Shown here piece after piece: positions 62,701 through 64,000 of a stretch of 64,000 nucleotides of DNA. This stretch comes from an uncultured Verrucomicrobiae bacterium (GTDB taxonomy: Bacteria > Verrucomicrobiota > Verrucomicrobiia > Limisphaerales > Palsa-1400), in assembly GCA_963764165.1 (NCBI GenBank), contig CAVXRD010000004.1, positions 640,001 to 704,000 of the forward strand, read 5' to 3'. The position numbers and the translations under genes are program-made. Under the pieces are notes generated by a model, which was not told where the DNA came from, ran no database searches, and worked only from the letters and a program-made list of their open reading frames with translations. Within the stretch, counting starts at the first letter, position 1. Every line of letters begins with the position of its first letter.

Positions 62701-63149
62701 ACAAAAGCGACATCCATTTCTGGCTTGGGTGTGCTCTGTCTGGATTGGGCAGGCCGGAGGCCGCGCGAGAACAATGGCTTGCCGCCGCCAAATTCAAAGG
62801 CGATTTTCAGGACATGAGCGTGCGCGCCTTCAGCGAGATGACTTACTACTCCGCGTTGTCCTGGGAAAAATTGGGCCAGCGGGCGAAGGCGAAAAAACTG
62901 CTGCGGGACTTGCTCGCCTACGCGCGAAAATTGCAAAAACAGCCCGCGAAAATTGATTACTTCGCAACGTCGCTGCCCACCATGCTGCTATTTGCGGATG
63001 ATTTGCAGTTTCGCCAGGAAACAATTGCGCTGTTCCTGCAAGCGCAAGCTCACCTTGGCCTCGGAAACAAAACCAAAGCCCGCTCGCTATTGCGAGACGT
63101 TTTGCGCCGGGACCCCAATCACGCCCTCGCGGCGGACCTGCTGGCATGA
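59730..63149 (+). CDS. DUF5107 + TPR protein
   Basis: RVYQGSSGKVYP, ENEFLKVMVLPELGGRI, IKPALVGLAGPWISGGIEFNWPQHHRP and PGKKQWTWG, then TPRs. Confidence 0.85.
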   Translation: MDPAPHSRENLNAVQTRMEDLAIPTYLPAAPDKNPMFLETRVYQGSSGKVYPLPFTDRVAEKPVERMWKAVWIENEFLKVMVLPELGGRIHIMEDKTNNYDVIYRQNVIKPALVGLAGPWISGGIEFNWPQHHRPATFLPVDFEIEEHADGSKTIWCSDHDPLSRMKGMHGVCLHPGKSYLELKVRAYNRTPFVQTFLWWANVATRVHEKYQSFFAPDVSFVADHARRSMSEYPLARDFYYGVNYGERGRSGVPAAEVPSQFVPPHCLSKLEKEHALASVPDYAPNDLSFYANIPVPTSYMCLGSKEDFFGGYDYEAQAGIIHIANHHISPGKKQWTWGNHEFGYAWDRNLTDATPSGKFPPYIEIMAGVYTDNQPDFSFLQPGETKDWSQFWYPIQKIGPAQHANLAAAVHWTHAKGEWRLGVAVTSPQSRATITISSNTKQLAQFVRDLSPSAPFVEFVKLPKQNPGEELLIRVADKNGDELISYRPKPHVKSSAPLPATEPPPPAEIASNDELFVTGLHLDQYRHATRSPAIYWREALRRDPLDARCNNALGVWHLKRGEFTEAEGFLRKAIERLTLRNANPCDSEAFYHLGLCLRYLSRDTEAYDAFYKATWSQAFASASFHALAEIDCSRTDWARALEHLDRSLRLNTDNLRARDLKAVVLRKLNRPGDADHLLDETLRLDPLDGWARHLKSGQAAGNLQTQLDLAHDCARAGLFDEAICVLKKAAFRPKDLPDQSWGAWPLVLYTLGWLHGKTGEKKFAADYFKQAAVQAPDYCFPSRLEEICILQTAIAANPKDARAPHYLGNLLYDRRRHHEAIQLWEQSAKLDPGFSIVWRNLGMGFFNILGKPANARRAYDRAFKCNAEDARLLYERDQLWKRLGEKPQTRLRELERHPQLALQRDDLSIELCALYNQTGQHEKAVELLASRQFQPWEGGEGGPLAQHTRAQLALGRAALSEKDFPKAKNHFEFALGAPRNLSEARHLLANKSDIHFWLGCALSGLGRPEAAREQWLAAAKFKGDFQDMSVRAFSEMTYYSALSWEKLGQRAKAKKLLRDLLAYARKLQKQPAKIDYFATSLPTMLLFADDLQFRQETIALFLQAQAHLGLGNKTKARSLLRDVLRRDPNHALAADLLA

Positions 63150-64000
63150 CGAATTCACCCGAGCAGTGCAGCATTCGCCAAGTTGCGGGCTTTGCGGTTT
63201 ACGTCCTCAGAAGCGACGCTCTCGAAGTTGCGGTTGTGCCGGAGCTTGGCGCAAAAATCATTTCGCTGAAAAGTCTTCGCGCGCAGCGGGAATGGCTTTG
63301 GCATCCGAAAGATAAATTGGAATTGTTCAAAAACTCGGCGCGCGATGAATTTTCCGCCAGCACGCTCGTCGGAATTGATGAATGCTTGCCGACCATCATG
63401 CCTTGCTCGTGGCGCGGGCGCCAATTGCCCGACCATGGAGAAGTATGGCATGCGCCTTGGGCAGTCGACGCGCAGGCATGGCAACTGGGCGTTTTGAAAA
63501 CGCACATCAAGCTGGAACATTCCCCTTTCGTGTTCGAGCGCGTTCTGCGACTGGAAGAAGATCAATTGCAATTTCATTATAAATTGTCCAACGCCGCCGA
63601 AGTGGAGGAATATTTTATCTGGGCCATGCATCCGCTGCTGCGGCTGAGGAAAGGCGACGCATTGGAACTGCCGAAATCAACCCGCGCGCTGTTCAACGGC
63701 GAAGCCTGGATCGACGACGTCACTTCGGCGATTCCCCAAGACGCATGTTGCAAGGCGTTCGCCCGCCCCGTCCTCGAAGGATGGGCCGCCGTCAAGAACA
63801 ACGTGGATGGCGGCCGCTTGCAATTCAATTGGGATCCGTCCGCGAACAACACGCTGGGCTTGTGGCTCACGCGCGGTGGCTGGCATGGCCACCACCACTT
63901 CGCCATCGAGCCTGCCAACGCCGATCATGATTCGCTGGCCGTCGCCGCCGGCTTGCAGCGCTGCGGGATTGTTGGTGGAGGCTGTTCAGTGGCGTGGGAT
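63146..64000 (+). CDS. Galactose-mutarotase/aldose-epimerase-like protein, 3' end outside window
   Basis: Manual translation from ATG 63146 (ATGA overlap): ...LEVAVVPELGAKIISL...EWLW...GIDECLPTI...LPDHGEVW...WAMHPLL...AIEP. Confidence 0.75.
   Translation, partial: MTNSPEQCSIRQVAGFAVYVLRSDALEVAVVPELGAKIISLKSLRAQREWLWHPKDKLELFKNSARDEFSASTLVGIDECLPTIMPCSWRGRQLPDHGEVWHAPWAVDAQAWQLGVLKTHIKLEHSPFVFERVLRLEEDQLQFHYKLSNAAEVEEYFIWAMHPLLRLRKGDALELPKSTRALFNGEAWIDDVTSAIPQDACCKAFARPVLEGWAAVKNNVDGGRLQFNWDPSANNTLGLWLTRGGWHGHHHFAIEPANADHDSLAVAAGLQRCGIVGGGCSVAWD

Noticed and set aside
63155..63930. Short ORFs at the right edge
   Set aside because: Shadows of the plus-strand gene that starts at 63146 and runs off the window.
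1..64000. tRNA, rRNA, CRISPR, riboswitch or T-box upstream of valS
   Set aside because: None recognised by eye. valS starts only 28 bp after cimA, leaving no room for a leader. A covariance-model scan would be needed to exclude small RNAs.

Overview
Bacterial chromosomal window, most likely Verrucomicrobiota of the Pedosphaera/Limisphaerales type. This is inferred from the GloVer-repeat protein, the DUF1549/1553-DUF1501 pair, the H-X9-DG-type pilin-like protein and many secreted proteins. Housekeeping genes (valS, cimA, xerC, holA, malQ, udk, tdh) are mixed with secreted repeat proteins, a signalling cluster built on a 2644-aa poly-HAMP hybrid kinase, and a sugar-utilisation locus. Five things stand out. 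(1) Small palindromic mobile elements are nested in each other: an ORF-less group II intron sits inside a REP/MITE, the same REP is inserted in frame in ValRS, and a 140-bp MITE with TIRs and a 4-bp TSD sits in the tip of a GTAG-type REP. (2) A matching 39-bp AraC-type tandem operator lies upstream of both a large secreted protein plus pilin-like gene and a sugar transporter/DUF5107 operon, suggesting a pilin-associated carbohydrate-capture system. (3) Three unrelated secreted proteins share a ~70-aa C-terminal domain, a candidate sorting signal. (4) Three uncharacterised secreted paralogues lie in tandem next to a gingipain/C25-like protein. (5) A decayed toxin-antitoxin/RCC1 patch is bounded by two copies of a palindrome. 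I saw no rRNA, tRNA or CRISPR. All family assignments are by eye from motifs; no searches were run.
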